From NCBI GenBank assembly GCA_036172245.1, contig JAYWIR010000026.1:372001-436000 (forward strand): 64,000 bases of DNA, in the 5' to 3' direction. A program made the position numbers and the translations under genes. Numbering within the stretch: the stretch's first letter is position 1; each line of letters opens with the position of its first letter. Below, one piece after another: positions 63,177-64,000 of this stretch. The notes beneath the pieces are model-generated. The model made no database searches. It worked only from the letters and a program-made list of their open reading frames with translations, and was not told the DNA's origin. This DNA comes from Raillietiella orientalis (Eukaryota).

Positions 63177-64000
63177 GCCTGAGAGCGCTGAGGGAAACCT
63201 CCGGACTGGAGCACGTGTTGGGGAAAGCGCGCCGCGCGTTTCGCTCGCTTATTTTCGGGCATTTTCTCAAGTTCCAAAATTTCATACTTTTCGTTTCTGC
63301 TTTATGTATATTTATATATATACATATTTCATGATTTAGGCGACCGAAATTTCAGTTTGGTTCATTATTTTAGGAAAGTTTGACTTTAATTGCTGCATCA
63401 TCTCACCTTCTCTCTCTTTTTTTTCTTTTTTTCTTCTAAAAAAAAAAAAAAACACGAGCCTCGTGGAAGAAGTCGATGCAAAGAGATTTCATAAAAACAC
63501 CTGTATAATACACAATACCTGCTTTTAAAATAAAAACCCACACATCCAATCTCATGTAAGCCCTTAAGTATCTGTGGAACCGATGTCTTTATTGAAACGG
63601 AAAATTTCCTTGCGTTTGGGCAACATCCAAACATGTTTTTTGTTTTCCTATCTAATTGCAAGCTCCAACTCCTTTTGGATCATTTTTTGTTTCAAATTGG
63701 TCAAATTTGTGCCACCTTGACTGACAAGACAGAGCACACATTTGCAACTGCAAATTCGTTTCCACTGCCTTTAATTCTCTCTCCAGCTATATTATCTTTC
63801 CGGATACCTCTTCCATTCTGAGAGAAAGAAAACTTCAGTCATGTTTCAGGGAAATCAGGACCAGCATTCCTGTAACATGTCTACTATTTGCATCCTGATC
63901 ATAATCGTCGTCAAACAGTGGCAAGCAGTGTATACCGATGGATGACCCGCTGAACGTTGCTAAATAAGCATGCCGTCCAGAAACGTGAGTCCTTGTGGCG

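Overview
Eukaryotic, GC-rich, repeat-laden genomic DNA, most likely from an arthropod (inferred from gene content, K-boxes and a CCTAA-like tract; the species cannot be fixed from sequence alone). I could build three spliced minus-strand genes by hand. (1) A six-exon Pax3/7 (gooseberry/paired-type) gene, 7806-11307, 391 aa, with paired domain, octapeptide and S50 homeodomain. (2) A two-exon Enhancer-of-split-type bHLH-Orange-WRPW repressor, 52928-53985, 207 aa. (3) About 3.5 kb upstream of it on the same strand, a cryptic two-exon 125-aa gene, 57453-58014, that the ORF track does not show as such and that carries the hallmark motifs of Bearded-family (BFM) Neuralized inhibitors. The two Notch-pathway genes each have a TATA box and a perfect K-box (CTGTGATA) in the 3' UTR, and an unusual tandem Su(H)-site motif recurs three times around them. 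Together this looks like a minimal E(spl)-complex-like module linked to Pax3/7. The intervening ~41 kb is mostly decayed mobile DNA: a dispersed repeat family, tRNA-derived SINE-like remnants, AT-rich islands, a possible integrase plus chromodomain fossil, and an orphan 5' fragment of a Na+/H+ exchanger gene. Nearly all other ORFs in the track are GC-rich noise.
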